Shown here in pieces: positions 9,691-20,587 of a DNA stretch of 64,000 bases. The position numbers were made by a program, and so were the translations under genes. This DNA is from Candidatus Obscuribacterales bacterium (GTDB lineage Bacteria > Cyanobacteriota > Vampirovibrionia > Obscuribacterales > Obscuribacteraceae): NCBI GenBank assembly GCA_965228855.1, contig CBDDIJ010000002.1:384001-448000 (forward strand), read 5' to 3'. The notes beneath the pieces were generated by a model. The model made no database searches, had not been told where the DNA came from, and was given only the letters and a program-made list of their open reading frames with translations. Numbering within the stretch: position 1 is the stretch's first letter; each line of letters opens with the position of its first letter.

Positions 9691-10335
9691 CTAATCAGGA
9701 CGGTCGTTAGATGATCCTGGAGATTTAACGGCGTTCATTTTGTCGTAATGTACAGGCTTAAAGTAGTCGGGACTTCCCGCCTTGGCAGCTATATCCTTGA
9801 GCTCAGTCTTCTGCTTGACGTCGAGGACAGCAAGGATATCCGAGTGAAATTTTTCGGACTCTTTTACCATGGACATAAACAGCGTGCGACGCAAGTTAGA
9901 AGTCGAAGATTCCATGCCCTTTTCAGCTATCTCACGTTTCTTCTCTTCTCTGCTTTTCGGCGCGCCGACGTTCTCATTAGGTTTCTCATCGCGAGGATAC
10001 TCACCACGCAACTTGCCGATCACGTCCATGCGATTGCGAGACTTGGTGCGATAGGCAAAGTAGATCGATCGAATCTTGCCTTGCTGCGCTTTAGTCAAAC
10101 TTGGGACTAAAAGCGCATCCGTGACGATCGAAGGCGTAATTGAATTACCGTTGGAGAAACCGCTCCAGCCACCGCCGAAGCCACCATGCCATTCGCCGTG
10201 GTGATGCCTGCCACGTTCACCGAAGTGGGATGATGATCCGGAACCGGCAGCATCCTCGCCTTTCACCGCATGAGGAATGGAGAGCGCCAAAATAGTGAGG
10301 AATATAAATCCGATGAAGAAACGATTCGTTTTCAA
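9691..10335 (-). CDS. Secreted Spy/CpxP-like protein
   Basis: Signal peptide, Gly/His-rich linker, LTKAQQ and ILAVLDVKQK (LTxxQ-like motifs). Confidence 0.5.
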   Translation of the reverse strand: MKTNRFFIGFIFLTILALSIPHAVKGEDAAGSGSSSHFGERGRHHHGEWHGGFGGGWSGFSNGNSITPSIVTDALLVPSLTKAQQGKIRSIYFAYRTKSRNRMDVIGKLRGEYPRDEKPNENVGAPKSREEKKREIAEKGMESSTSNLRRTLFMSMVKESEKFHSDILAVLDVKQKTELKDIAAKAGSPDYFKPVHYDKMNAVKSPGSSNDRPD

Positions 10336-10375
10336 TTCATCTCCACGCCGGTGAGCCAGCCGATTGAACCGGTTT

Positions 10376-11842
10376 CTAGTACGAACGTGCGAAGATTACT
10401 TTGCGGTTCGTCTTGCGACCGGTAAGCATGCATTCACCTTCCTCGCTCTGATCGAACGGAATGCAGCGCACGGTAGCCTTGGTTTCATCCTTGATGCGAC
10501 CTTCGTCTTCGCCCGTACCGTCAAAGAACGTTTCGATGAAAACGTTTTTGTCTTTGAGAGCATCCTTCAGCTCATCGTAGGTCTTCACGCTCACCGTATT
10601 TTTCTTTCTAAATTCCAGCGCGTTATTGAAGATCTGCTTTTGGATTTGATCGAGCAAGCCGGAGAGTTCGTTGACAAGCCCGGCTTGACGCACTCCTCGA
10701 ATTTTTTCGCGAGTGTCGCGACGCGCAATCTCAACGACTTCATTGGCAATATCTTTTGGTCCCAGATTGATGCGCACAGGCACACCCTTTTGCTCCCAGT
10801 GGTTGAACTTGAAACCAGGTGTGTAGTTGTCGCGATCGTCGTACTGAACCCGGAAGTGCTCTTTCAATTCTTTCTCGATGCGGCGAGCATGCTCGTCTAC
10901 GAGCTTCTTCTCCTCATCGGTTTTGTAAATAGGAACGATCACAATTTGAATGGGAGCGATTTTAGGCGGAAGAATGAGGCCTTTCTCATCGCCGTGGCCA
11001 AGCACGATTGCGCCGACCAGACGAGTGGATACGCCCCAGCTTGTTTGCCAGGCGAATTCTAAGTTTCCGTCCTTATCTTGAAACTGAATCTCGAATGCCT
11101 TTGCAAAATTCTGTCCTAAGAAGTGCGATGTACCGGCTTGCAGAGCCTTTCCATCTCGCATCATTGCTTCGATACAGTAGGTATCCACGGCACCGGCGAA
11201 GCGCTCGCGCTCCGTCTTCAATCCTGTAAGAACGGGCAATGCCAGCCAATCTTCAGCGAGCTCGCGATACTTTTCAAGCATCAATTTCGCTTCGTCTTCA
11301 GCTTCTTCTTTGGTGGCGTGAGCAGTGTGACCTTCCTGCCAGAGAAATTCCGCAGTTCGCAAGAAGAGCCTGGTGCGCATCTCCCAGCGCACGACGTTTG
11401 CCCATTGATTGCACAAAATCGGCAGGTCTCTCCACGACTGAACCCATTTGGCGAACATAAAGTTGATGATGGTTTCTGAAGTCGGTCTTACGATATACGG
11501 CTCCTCAAGCTTCTTTCCACCGCCATGAGTGACAACGGCGCATTCAGGCGCAAAACCTTCAACGTGTTCTTTTTCTTTGTTGAGAAACGATTCGGGAATG
11601 AAAAGCGGGAAGTAAGCGTTCTGGTGACCGGTGTCCTTGATCATCTTATCGAGCGCTTTTTGAATGTTTTCCCAGAGCGCATAGCCGTACGGTCGAATCA
11701 CCATGCAACCCTTGACCGGTGCGTAATCGGCAAGCTCTGTCTGAAGAATGGTGTCGGTGTACCATTTCGAGCGATCGTTTTCCTTATCGTCGCCCTCCAG
11801 GCTGTCATCGATTTCGTTCACTTCGTTTTCCTTGACTGTCAT
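10376..11842 (-). CDS. proS: Proline--tRNA ligase (archaeal/eukaryotic type)
   Basis: VRPTSET, QWANVVRWE, FLRTAEFLWQEGHT, QTSWGVSTR, C-terminal FARSY. Confidence 0.97.
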   Translation of the reverse strand: MTVKENEVNEIDDSLEGDDKENDRSKWYTDTILQTELADYAPVKGCMVIRPYGYALWENIQKALDKMIKDTGHQNAYFPLFIPESFLNKEKEHVEGFAPECAVVTHGGGKKLEEPYIVRPTSETIINFMFAKWVQSWRDLPILCNQWANVVRWEMRTRLFLRTAEFLWQEGHTAHATKEEAEDEAKLMLEKYRELAEDWLALPVLTGLKTERERFAGAVDTYCIEAMMRDGKALQAGTSHFLGQNFAKAFEIQFQDKDGNLEFAWQTSWGVSTRLVGAIVLGHGDEKGLILPPKIAPIQIVIVPIYKTDEEKKLVDEHARRIEKELKEHFRVQYDDRDNYTPGFKFNHWEQKGVPVRINLGPKDIANEVVEIARRDTREKIRGVRQAGLVNELSGLLDQIQKQIFNNALEFRKKNTVSVKTYDELKDALKDKNVFIETFFDGTGEDEGRIKDETKATVRCIPFDQSEEGECMLTGRKTNRKVIFARSY

Positions 11843-12071
11843 GGTGAGACTGTACTCTCTTTTATCGGTGATTGATGCGGCTCCAATCGGTTTAAACCTA
11901 GTACTTAAACACGATTAAATCCAGAGGGGTCAGTATATCGCGTGGCAAAAGATTATGCCTTTTCTTTTTGCCTGGTGTTAAGGCCTTGGCTATACTAGGT
12001 GAGAAAGTTCGGCTTCGCGGCCATGCGACGCGTCGTACTTTCGTCGCACCTCATCGGATCAAGGAGACCAC

Positions 12072-13100
12072 GTGCAGCTTTCAGGCGAACTCGCCAAAGT
12101 AAACCTTGCCAATTTGCTTCAACTCGTCAAGACCGGCGGATTGACAGGCAAGCTCACCTTCTCGCAAGGAGCGCGTACAGCAAGCGTCTTCGTCAATGAC
12201 GGCGAACCGATTCACGCCGAGCTCGAAGGTGAAGAAGGTGCCGAAGCGTTGATGGAATTGTTTCTCTGGACGTCCGGCACCTTTTCCTTCAGCGAGGAAT
12301 CAACAGAAGGCGTCTTCTGGACTATCGATGATGAGGACCCCGACCAGTCGTTCGAGCGACTTTTGAAAGAAGGAATAGCCTATCAAGAAGCGAAGCACTA
12401 CCTTGACGTCTTCGAGATCACGCCGCGGTCTATTTTGAAACCGACCGGCACGGCAGTGAGTTTCGCGAAACAGGTCCTGGCGATGCCAGGACTGGAGCGT
12501 CTCGACGGCAAACTTACAATCGCAGAGGCGCTCTCAGACCTGGAGTTGACGAAACGCGAGTATGTGAAAACAGTTTCGAGCTGGTTGCTTGACGGTCTGG
12601 CCGACATTGCCGAGCCGGTTTTGCTCGAAGAGATGAATGGAGTCGACCTGCCGGCGTGGGTTGTGTCGCGCTTGAGACAGGACAATCCGGACATCTCGCA
12701 GGCGATTGTCGACATGGTCATATGGGTCGACCGGGTCAAATGTTGGATGTTCCAGGTCGATGTCGATTTCTACAAACTTCGCAAACGCATTGAGCAATCC
12801 ACCGGCGGGAGCGGTGAATTGGATGATTTCGACGATAACGCTGATGACGACGAGGACGACGGCAGCACATTCGGTCCGCCGGCGCCACCGCCGGGTCTCG
12901 ACATCTACTCGCCGAATTCATACGGAGATCAGCCCTACTGGCGACCTCCCAACTACTACCAGGGCGGCACGCTATTCCGCCCATCGGTACTGGACAACAT
13001 TGCCGAAGACCGCCCAGCTCTCGGAGGTCAAGGCGCAGAGCCGGACAAGAAGAAACAGTCGGACTCGGATTCTACGGGAACCCGATCGATCGAATTTTAG
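12072..13100 (+). CDS. DUF4388 (PatA-N-like) domain protein
   Basis: LSGELAKVNLANLLQLV..TGKL..GEPIHA..GAEALMELFLWTSGTFSF; AAGGAG RBS. Confidence 0.8.
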   Translation: MQLSGELAKVNLANLLQLVKTGGLTGKLTFSQGARTASVFVNDGEPIHAELEGEEGAEALMELFLWTSGTFSFSEESTEGVFWTIDDEDPDQSFERLLKEGIAYQEAKHYLDVFEITPRSILKPTGTAVSFAKQVLAMPGLERLDGKLTIAEALSDLELTKREYVKTVSSWLLDGLADIAEPVLLEEMNGVDLPAWVVSRLRQDNPDISQAIVDMVIWVDRVKCWMFQVDVDFYKLRKRIEQSTGGSGELDDFDDNADDDEDDGSTFGPPAPPPGLDIYSPNSYGDQPYWRPPNYYQGGTLFRPSVLDNIAEDRPALGGQGAEPDKKKQSDSDSTGTRSIEF

Positions 13101-13106
13101 TGCGAT

Positions 13107-14120
13107 TTACAGTTTCAGTCCCCGTGCGGGTTCTTCGTTCTTGAGCGGAGGGCCGAGTTTGCGTCCAGGGTTCTCTTCATTTACAGTTTGCCAAACTTGA
13201 GTTTCAACATCAATCGCGAGATCGCCCGTGACAGGGATATGCGACTCGTCGCCTTCATTTCCGTGAAACATGAATTTCTCTGCGATTAGTTTGGGCTTCT
13301 GATTAGTGAGCACCGAATACAGAGCCGCTGCGGCTAACCATGCGCCTATAGAAGAGACATGGTGTTTATCTGCGACGTAGGGGTGAATCTCTTTGTGTTT
13401 GTTTGATACGGCAAAAAGTACGTCTCCGGCAGGCGCAATATCGATGGAAAGCCGCTCGGCAAGCTTTCGGGAGACGGCACTTAAAACTTCCTGGCGCTTA
13501 TTCTCGCCGGAGTCAGCCCAGGGAACAAACAACACGACGCGACTTCCTCGGTCGCGAGCGGTTTTAGAAAGTGTGCGAACAGAATCCAACATTCCGGCCG
13601 GATCCTGGAGAGGCTGGAGCCAACGGTCTTGAAGAACCACGAAATCCCAGCGCTGCTCCTTAATTAATGCCTCAGCATCCTTTTCCTGGAGATGCTGCGC
13701 CAGGCTGTAGTCCTCCTTAGCAAGACATGTTACTTCAAGCGGACGCCAGGACTTTGACATGTTCGCGACTTCGCGAAGCATGTTTGGAACGTCATTGATG
13801 TGGAGCGTGTCGTTGCCGATGATTAGAACTTTAATCGGTTTTTCTTCATCAGGTACATCGACCTGTGCATTCGGAAACATCAAATACCAGACACCACCGA
13901 TGATGGCAACCAGAATAAGAAAAACGGATGTGTACAAGAGCGCGATTCGCGGACCGCGCCTGGTGGGAGCGGAATCGGAACCGTTGGCGAAATGATTTTT
14001 TAGACCGGAATTTTCGGCAGCTCGGGAGGTGGAACCGGATTCAATTCCGTTCCGCGATGAGACCGCATCTTCGACATCGTCATCATCGTACTCAGGTATT
14101 GATGAACCATCCTCAACCAC
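13107..14120 (-). CDS. Membrane-anchored SGNH/GDSL-like (DUF4886-like) protein
   Basis: TM helix, KVLIIGND, WDFVVLQD, DKHH. Confidence 0.65.
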   Translation of the reverse strand: MVEDGSSIPEYDDDDVEDAVSSRNGIESGSTSRAAENSGLKNHFANGSDSAPTRRGPRIALLYTSVFLILVAIIGGVWYLMFPNAQVDVPDEEKPIKVLIIGNDTLHINDVPNMLREVANMSKSWRPLEVTCLAKEDYSLAQHLQEKDAEALIKEQRWDFVVLQDRWLQPLQDPAGMLDSVRTLSKTARDRGSRVVLFVPWADSGENKRQEVLSAVSRKLAERLSIDIAPAGDVLFAVSNKHKEIHPYVADKHHVSSIGAWLAAAALYSVLTNQKPKLIAEKFMFHGNEGDESHIPVTGDLAIDVETQVWQTVNEENPGRKLGPPLKNEEPARGLKL

Positions 14121-14126
14121 TACCGT

Positions 14127-14933
14127 CTACCTGACTGCGTTGACAACATTCAAAAGACTTCTGACACGCTCGACATCCACCGGATTTTCAAGAACGCCCT
14201 GTCGCTTCAACGAGCTGGCAACGATGATACCATCAGCAGTACCAAGCAACGACTTGACGTTCTCTTGAGTCGACCCACTTCCAATTAGAATAGGCGTGGT
14301 GGGAACAGCCTTGCGGACGGTTTCGATATCCTCCTGCGAAGGCGCGTCGCCAGTGGCGACACCACTGACAATGACAGCGTCGGCAAGTGAACGTTTTACA
14401 GTGTCTTTTGCGACTTGCCCGATGTCATAGCCGATAGCAAGCGGATAGGCATGTTTCACCATCACGTCGGCGAAAACTTTCACGCTATCTTTCGCCATCA
14501 ATTCCCGGCGATACATATGAAGCTCGCGCGCCGCACTCTCGATAATGCCCTGATCGGTCACCATGGCGCCGCTGAGAATATTTACACGGATAAACTTCGC
14601 GCCACTGGAAACAGCGACAGCAAGCGCAGTCAGCGCATCGTTGCGTAGAACATTCACGCCAATCGGCAGATCCGTAACGCTCATTATTCGCTTAACCGCA
14701 AGAGTAAGAGCGCATGCGGTAGAGACGTCCACGCGACCTTTAGCGAACGGCGCATCAAAGAAGTTTTCGACAACTATGCCATCAACCCCGCCCGAAGACA
14801 AAGCGACCGCTTCTTGCTCTGCCCTGGCGAAGACTTCTTCAAGATCGCCGGCCCACTGGCAAGAGCCCGGAAGAGGCAGAAGGTGTACGACACCAATGAC
14901 AGGTTTGTTTGTGCCAAAAAGATTTTCGAGCAT
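14127..14933 (-). CDS. btpA: BtpA/SgcQ family protein
   Basis: KPVIGVVHLLPLPG, ENFFDAPF, GVNVLRND, DQGIIE, ADVMVKHA. Confidence 0.9.
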   Translation of the reverse strand: MLENLFGTNKPVIGVVHLLPLPGSCQWAGDLEEVFARAEQEAVALSSGGVDGIVVENFFDAPFAKGRVDVSTACALTLAVKRIMSVTDLPIGVNVLRNDALTALAVAVSSGAKFIRVNILSGAMVTDQGIIESAARELHMYRRELMAKDSVKVFADVMVKHAYPLAIGYDIGQVAKDTVKRSLADAVIVSGVATGDAPSQEDIETVRKAVPTTPILIGSGSTQENVKSLLGTADGIIVASSLKRQGVLENPVDVERVRSLLNVVNAVR

Positions 14934-15840
14934 ACGGTTTAGTAAAAGTCCTGAAGCGATGAATGCGAATGCACATAGAAGTCTACTAGATGCCCGTCGA
15001 CACGGAGAACCATAAAAGCGCCCGCTTGACATCAAGGCACCATTGACGCCACCAGACACACAACCACAGCCCTCATCTTCTTGACATCAAGGGCGCAGTT
15101 CGCCAGATTTTCATCGACCTCTCACACTTGCGCAAACCGTTGCGCAGCAAGCGTTTCAGCCCCTAATTGTCAAGCGCTCGCGCAGCATCGCAAAACAATA
15201 CAATTTCAGCTATCTAAGACAAGTCTTTTCTACATAGATGTCATATAGTCCAGATTTGGTTTATTTCGAGTTGTCATGAAACTCGTCTTGTAGAGAGCGT
15301 TTCCAAAGGGAACTTACTCTCATCTTTTCTGGGTCCGATGGTCATTGAGTTGATATGGCGTTTGTATCTAATCTTTGAGTTAACCCTTCCTTTAGATTTG
15401 CTCAGAGCTAAACACCCAGTTATTTAGCCGTTCGAAATAGAAACCGAACCTACCTGTCCCGCTTCCGCGCGACTTGTAGCTGAGCATCCCGTTTCTCAGA
15501 GCAAAGGCGATCAGGTCCACCAGGTTGTTCTGGAGCGAAAGCTTCCGAGCGCCTCGGTTTCGTACCTGAGATCGCAGATGTCCCGAACGGGTTTCCGCGC
15601 AGAATTTACCACCAGAAGCAACCTGTTGCAGAACACTTCGCACGCCCTCTCGTGCGAAGCCGGTTGAACGACTCCGAGCGCTCCCCAAGCACTCCTCGGT
15701 GGCGTTGTCGTGTGGTTCCCCGGTTAAGGGTCCCGGGCTGCCGATTTTCAGCATGAGCCGCAAGGCGAGTGCTCGTCTCATACCGTGCGCATGTCGCGCC
15801 GGTAGACCAACAAGCTCAAAACCATAAAAGGAGCACCACA

Positions 15841-16395
15841 ATGGCAAATCAAAACAACACCGCAGGCGACCGCAGCCTCCAGAAGCGCAAGGGCATGGCG
15901 ATCAAGGGTCTCAAGGCCTGGATCAAGGCGCTTGAGCTCAACGAAGGCGTCAAGGTCAGCGCTCACAGCTACCGCTACGAAATCGCCGCCAACGGCGAGA
16001 CCGCTCGCATCTACCTGGCAGCCACCGGCGCCACGGTCGACGGCACCGAGCGCACGCTGACCGAATGGGCCGACAGTGGCAAGCCCTGCCGCCTGGCTCT
16101 CATCGGTCTGCGCTACACCAAGGACCAGCTCGAGCGCGATGGCGACCGTGTCCTGTACACGATGAACGTCATCACCCGCGAAGCCTACCTGTCCCGCCGT
16201 GGCGAGCGCCTGACGGACCAGCCCGCGACCATCGAAGCGTGGGCCGAGGTCGGCAAGCCCATCGAGAAGCGCGAATTCGAAAGCCTTCGCGTGGCGATGG
16301 ACTACCACAACGAGGAAGCGGCTGCCAGCGTCAAGGCGAACATGATTCGCTGGGGCATCATCCGTCCGGCGAAGGACGGCCAGGACGCCGCCTGA
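15841..16395 (+). CDS. Hypothetical protein
   Basis: AAAGGAG RBS, strongly GC3-biased codons, 184 aa. Confidence 0.8.
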   Translation: MANQNNTAGDRSLQKRKGMAIKGLKAWIKALELNEGVKVSAHSYRYEIAANGETARIYLAATGATVDGTERTLTEWADSGKPCRLALIGLRYTKDQLERDGDRVLYTMNVITREAYLSRRGERLTDQPATIEAWAEVGKPIEKREFESLRVAMDYHNEEAAASVKANMIRWGIIRPAKDGQDAA

Positions 16396-16553
16396 GAATT
16401 CCGGGACACGCGGGGCGCCATAAAGTCGAGGGACCTCGACCAGGCGCTCCGCGTACCTTCCGGTTTTTCATTCATCCAACTCAGAGTCGTTTAATTCCGG
16501 ATGTAGAAAAACCAAAAAGGTGCCCGCCGCAAGGTGGGTAGTGAGTACGACAA

Positions 16554-18554
16554 ATGAACAAAAAAGGCTTCATTTGGTTCGTGGCGCTCGTCTTCATCGG
16601 CCTCTTCCTGTTCCAGGGAAGCAACAACAACGGCGGCCAGTCTGCTGCCGAGGTGGTGAAGCCGGAAGTCGTCTCCTTCGACCAGGTGCGCAAGACGGTT
16701 GAGACCAACCCGACTGCCGTGGAGAAGGTGACCTTCGTGAAGGACGCCAACGGAACCGTTCAGGAGGTTCTCCTTACGTTCAAGGAGAGCTCCCAGAAAT
16801 CGCTCTCGGCGCAGATTCCCGGCGACGCCGGCAGTTCGCGCCTCCTTGCTGCAGCTGAAAGCGCCGGTGTTCCCACCGACGCGAAGGGCTACGAGCCGCC
16901 ACCGGTCAGTCCGTGGCAGCCGCTGTTCTCGATCCTGGGATGGATCCTGCCGTTCGTCATCATCTTCTTCCTGTTCCAGTGGCTCATGAAGGGTGCTGCG
17001 AACGCTCAGAACGGCATGCGAGACAAGCTGGCCAGCGCGAACGCCACCAAGTTCGAGCCGCAGAAGGACCGCAAGACGTTCAAGGACGTCGCGGGATGCG
17101 ATGAAGCCAAGCAGGAGCTGCAGGAAGTCATCGACTACCTGCGCAACCCCGGACTGCTGGCCGAACTCGGTGGCAAGCCTCCCAAGGGCGTGCTGCTGGT
17201 GGGCGGACCCGGTACGGGCAAGACGCTCCTCGCCAAGGCAGTCGCCGGCGAAGCCAACGCTGCGTTCTTCTCGATCTCTGCTTCGCAGTTCGTCGAGATG
17301 TTCGTCGGCGTCGGTGCCGCCCGCGTGCGCGACCTCTTCAACCAGGCGCGTGAACACAAGCCCGCCATCGTGTTCATCGACGAACTCGATGCGGTCGGTC
17401 GCCAGCGTGGCACCGGCCTCGGTGGCGGCAATGATGAGCGCGAACAGACGCTCAACCAGCTGCTGGTCGAGATGGACGGTTTCAAGGTCAATGACGGCAT
17501 CATCCTGATGGCCGCGACCAACCGCCCGGATGTTCTCGATCCGGCGCTCATCCGTCCGGGTCGTTTCGACCTCCAGGTGCTGGTCGACAACCCGGACAGG
17601 GTCGGTCGTCAGGACATCCTGAAGATCCACTCCCGCAACAAGAAGCTGGCTCCGGAAGTCAACCTCGACATCATCGCCACCAACACGCCCGGCTTCTCCG
17701 GCGCTGAGCTCGAAGGTGCCGTCAACAACGGTGCCATCGTCGCTGCTCGCCGCATCAAGGAAGAAGTAGCCGCGCTTCGTGCCAAGGGCGTTTCGGAAGC
17801 CGACATCAAGAAGCAGGTGCCGCACCACATCACCATTGCCGACCTCGACGAAGGCGTTGATCGCGTTCAGATGGGTCCGGCGAAGGAGAACGCGGCCAAG
17901 CGCATGTCCAGGGTCGACATGGAGAACACGGCCTATCACGAGCTCGGGCACGCCTGGGTCTCGCAGGTCATGTTCGAGAAGGGCCAGGGCGGCGACCCCG
18001 TCACCAAGATCACCATCGTGCCCCGCGCTCGCGCGCTCGGGTACACGCAGGCTCTGCCGCGCGGTGACCGCTTCAACATGACGAGGGACAACCTCAAGGC
18101 TCGCATCATGATGGCGATGGGCGGTCGCGCGGCTCAGGAAATCTTCCTGAACACGATCGACACCGGCGCCTCCAACGACTTCAAGCAGGCGAAAGCCTGG
18201 GCCCACCGCATGGTCACCGAATTCGGCATGTCCGATCTCGGTCCGATCTCGGTCGGTGAGGGCGGTCCCAATCCGTTCCTCGGCCGTTCGATGGCTTCCA
18301 ACCACGAGACCGGTCCTGCCCTCCAGGATCGCATCGACGAAGCCTGGGTGAAGATCGTCAACGAGTGCTACAAGGAGACCGTGGAACTCCTCAAGGCAGA
18401 CGCCGAGTGCATCCGCAAGATCGCCGACGTTCTGCTCGAGAAGGAAACCATCCTCGGTCCCGAGTTCGAGCAGCTCCGCAACGAGTCGAAATGCGCCATC
18501 AAGCCCTGCAGCGACTGCGAAGTCGACCAGGACGGCGGCGACAACGACAAGTAG
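16554..18554 (+). CDS. ftsH: ATP-dependent zinc metalloprotease FtsH
   Basis: 2 TM helices, GGPGTGKT Walker A, FIDELD Walker [27 protein letters not shown]. Confidence 0.97.
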   Translation: MNKKGFIWFVALVFIGLFLFQGSNNNGGQSAAEVVKPEVVSFDQVRKTVETNPTAVEKVTFVKDANGTVQEVLLTFKESSQKSLSAQIPGDAGSSRLLAAAESAGVPTDAKGYEPPPVSPWQPLFSILGWILPFVIIFFLFQWLMKGAANAQNGMRDKLASANATKFEPQKDRKTFKDVAGCDEAKQELQEVIDYLRNPGLLAELGGKPPKGVLLVGGPGTGKTLLAKAVAGEANAAFFSISASQFVEMFVGVGAARVRDLFNQAREHKPAIVFIDELDAVGRQRGTGLGGGNDEREQTLNQLLVEMDGFKVNDGIILMAATNRPDVLDPALIRPGRFDLQVLVDNPDRVGRQDILKIHSRNKKLAPEVNLDIIATNTPGFSGAELEGAVNNGAIVAARRIKEEVAALRAKGVSEADIKKQVPHHITIADLDEGVDRVQMGPAKENAAKRMSRVDMENTAYHELGHAWVSQVMFEKGQGGDPVTKITIVPRARALGYTQALPRGDRFNMTRDNLKARIMMAMGGRAAQEIFLNTIDTGASNDFKQAKAWAHRMVTEFGMSDLGPISVGEGGPNPFLGRSMASNHETGPALQDRIDEAWVKIVNECYKETVELLKADAECIRKIADVLLEKETILGPEFEQLRNESKCAIKPCSDCEVDQDGGDNDK

Positions 18555-18833
18555 CTTCCGGTCGCTATTCGCGACAAGTCTATTCGTGCCGGTCGATGGC
18601 GCCATCACCAGTGGTGACTCGACCGGCACGGTAGTTTTCCGTACGACACGCTAACACGGTCTCCCGGGCAACCTTGCCAGCCTGGGAGACACGCGTGCAG
18701 TTGAACCGCTGCTGTCTGGGATAGTTCGTGACCCACTCAGCCGGCAAGGTATTCCTCGAAGCGAAGGCGTCAAATCCGTTCCGCGCGGACGTCTCTCGCT
18801 CGAACACTGCGCGGGTTAGAAGGAGTAACCACC

Positions 18834-19232
18834 ATGCAAAAGCAACAAACTGCGATCTACGTGCCTGTTACCGCGGGCAAGGTTCAGTGGTACTTCCTCA
18901 ATCGGACCGAGGCGTTCCGCCTCAAGTTCGACGCTGGCACCGACGCACTGATCGGCTACAAGCACTACGACGACGCGGTCAAAGCCGGCCGCGTCCGTTT
19001 TGCTGATCAGGACTGCTTCGCGGTCCTGTCGATCAGCTGCGACGACCGCGTGCGCGAAGCGCTCGCGATGTCCAAGCAGTTCGACGAGTCCATCGAGGAC
19101 AAGACCAATGCGCCCGTCTGGCGCGTGCTTTCGAAGGGTGCCGAGATTCTCGCGAAACCCGAGAACGCCGCCATGTGGGCTCAGTTTATCTCCAAGGTCG
19201 ACCAGAAGAAGACCGAAGAGAAGAAGGCCTAA
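18834..19232 (+). CDS. Hypothetical protein
   Basis: AAGGAG RBS, GC3-biased codons, downstream terminator. Confidence 0.75.
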   Translation: MQKQQTAIYVPVTAGKVQWYFLNRTEAFRLKFDAGTDALIGYKHYDDAVKAGRVRFADQDCFAVLSISCDDRVREALAMSKQFDESIEDKTNAPVWRVLSKGAEILAKPENAAMWAQFISKVDQKKTEEKKA

Positions 19233-19239
19233 TCGCCGT

Positions 19240-19285
19240 GGAGACCCTCGCTGCGCCTTTACAGCGCAGCGAGGTTTCTCCTTTT
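19240..19285 (+). terminator. Intrinsic terminator
   Basis: GGAGACCCTCGCTGCGC...GCGCAGCGAGGTTTCTCC followed by TTTT. Confidence 0.7.
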
Positions 19286-19397
19286 CGTCATTTCAACGTC
19301 ATCCGTTTCCACTCTGGCGGCATCACCTGCGGTGGCGCCACCAGTTCGGCAACCAACAAGGCAAGCCTGTGAAAGGGCTTGAATCGGTACCACACAC

Positions 19398-20522
19398 ATG
19401 GATTTAGCATCGCTCTACGTCGCCGCGGCAGGCGCCCTTCCGGGCATTCTGTCGATGGTGCTCGGGATCATGTTTCTAATTCTGATTCACGAGTTCGGTC
19501 ACTGGATCGTGGCACGCACACTCGGGTTTCAGACTCCCGTATTTTCGATCGGCTTCGGCAAGAGAAGCTGGTCTCTCGTTCTCGGTAAATTCTGGGATAC
19601 CGAGTTCCGACTCAGCCCCATTCTCCTGGGCGGCTACGTCAGCATTCCTGAACTTCAGGACGAGACGACCGCCAAGGAATCGCAGGGCGACGAGTTCAAG
19701 AGCTACACGTTCTTCCCAGTCTGGAAGCGCATGTCTGTCGCCGTTGCCGGCGTGGTCATGAACGTCCTCTTCGCCATCGTGGCAATCGCGATGTTGTTTG
19801 CGTTCATCGGCAAGCCGACGGACAGCATCACCGCGACCCGCATCGGCGGTTTCGACCCGGCGGTTTCCATCGCTCAAGACTCCGGTCTCAAGGCTGGCGA
19901 CAAATTCGTTTCCATCGATGGCAACAAGGTCGTCGTGCCGAACGATTTGCTGCACGCCGTGCAGTCGAAGAAGGGTCAGCCCATCGACATCATCGTCGAC
20001 CGGCAAGGACAGCCCGTCTCTGTGACCGTCACCCCCAACGCGGACGGGCGCATCGGTGTGCAAATCGCCGTCGACGCCGCCCGCACGTACGAGAAGCAGG
20101 ACGCCTGGACTGCCACCAAGGAAGGTGTCACGACCTCCTTCTCCTCGATGTGGGGAATGCTCAAGGGTTTCGGCATGATGCTCGGCATCGTCGAGAAGCC
20201 GGCGAACATTCCTGACGGCGCGCTGGAGATGCACGGCATCGTCGGCATCGTCCAGGTAGGCGCACAGGCTTTCGACATGGGCATCTTCGCCTTCGTCTGG
20301 ATGGTCTCGATGATCAGCCTCAACCTGGCTATCATCAACATTCTTCCGATTCCGATGCTCGATGGCGGACACATGCTGTTCTTCACCATCGAGAAAATCC
20401 GTGGCAAGCCGATCGCTCTGGAAACGCGCAACCGCATCTCGAGCATCTTCGCGCTTCTGCTCTTCGGATTGATGTTCTGGGGTCTGTTCAACGACATCGT
20501 GAAACCGATCCAGCTTCCGTAA
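19398..20522 (+). CDS. rseP: Site-2 protease (M50) with PDZ domain, RseP-like
   Basis: HEFGH, FSIGFG, AVAGVVMN, PDZ GLKAGD, NILPIPMLDGG. Confidence 0.93.
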   Translation: MDLASLYVAAAGALPGILSMVLGIMFLILIHEFGHWIVARTLGFQTPVFSIGFGKRSWSLVLGKFWDTEFRLSPILLGGYVSIPELQDETTAKESQGDEFKSYTFFPVWKRMSVAVAGVVMNVLFAIVAIAMLFAFIGKPTDSITATRIGGFDPAVSIAQDSGLKAGDKFVSIDGNKVVVPNDLLHAVQSKKGQPIDIIVDRQGQPVSVTVTPNADGRIGVQIAVDAARTYEKQDAWTATKEGVTTSFSSMWGMLKGFGMMLGIVEKPANIPDGALEMHGIVGIVQVGAQAFDMGIFAFVWMVSMISLNLAIINILPIPMLDGGHMLFFTIEKIRGKPIALETRNRISSIFALLLFGLMFWGLFNDIVKPIQLP

Positions 20523-20532
20523 TAGCTTTCTG

Positions 20533-20572
20533 GAACGGCGTCGCTAGCACAAAACCGCTACCGATGCCGTTC
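20533..20572 (+). terminator. Stem-loop after rseP
   Basis: GAACGGCGTCG...CGATGCCGTTC followed by TTCT. Confidence 0.6.
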
Positions 20573-20587
20573 TTCTCAAATGCCATA

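Noticed and set aside
16491..18629. 712-aa minus-strand ORF
   Set aside because: Antisense shadow of ftsH caused by GC3 bias; no motifs.
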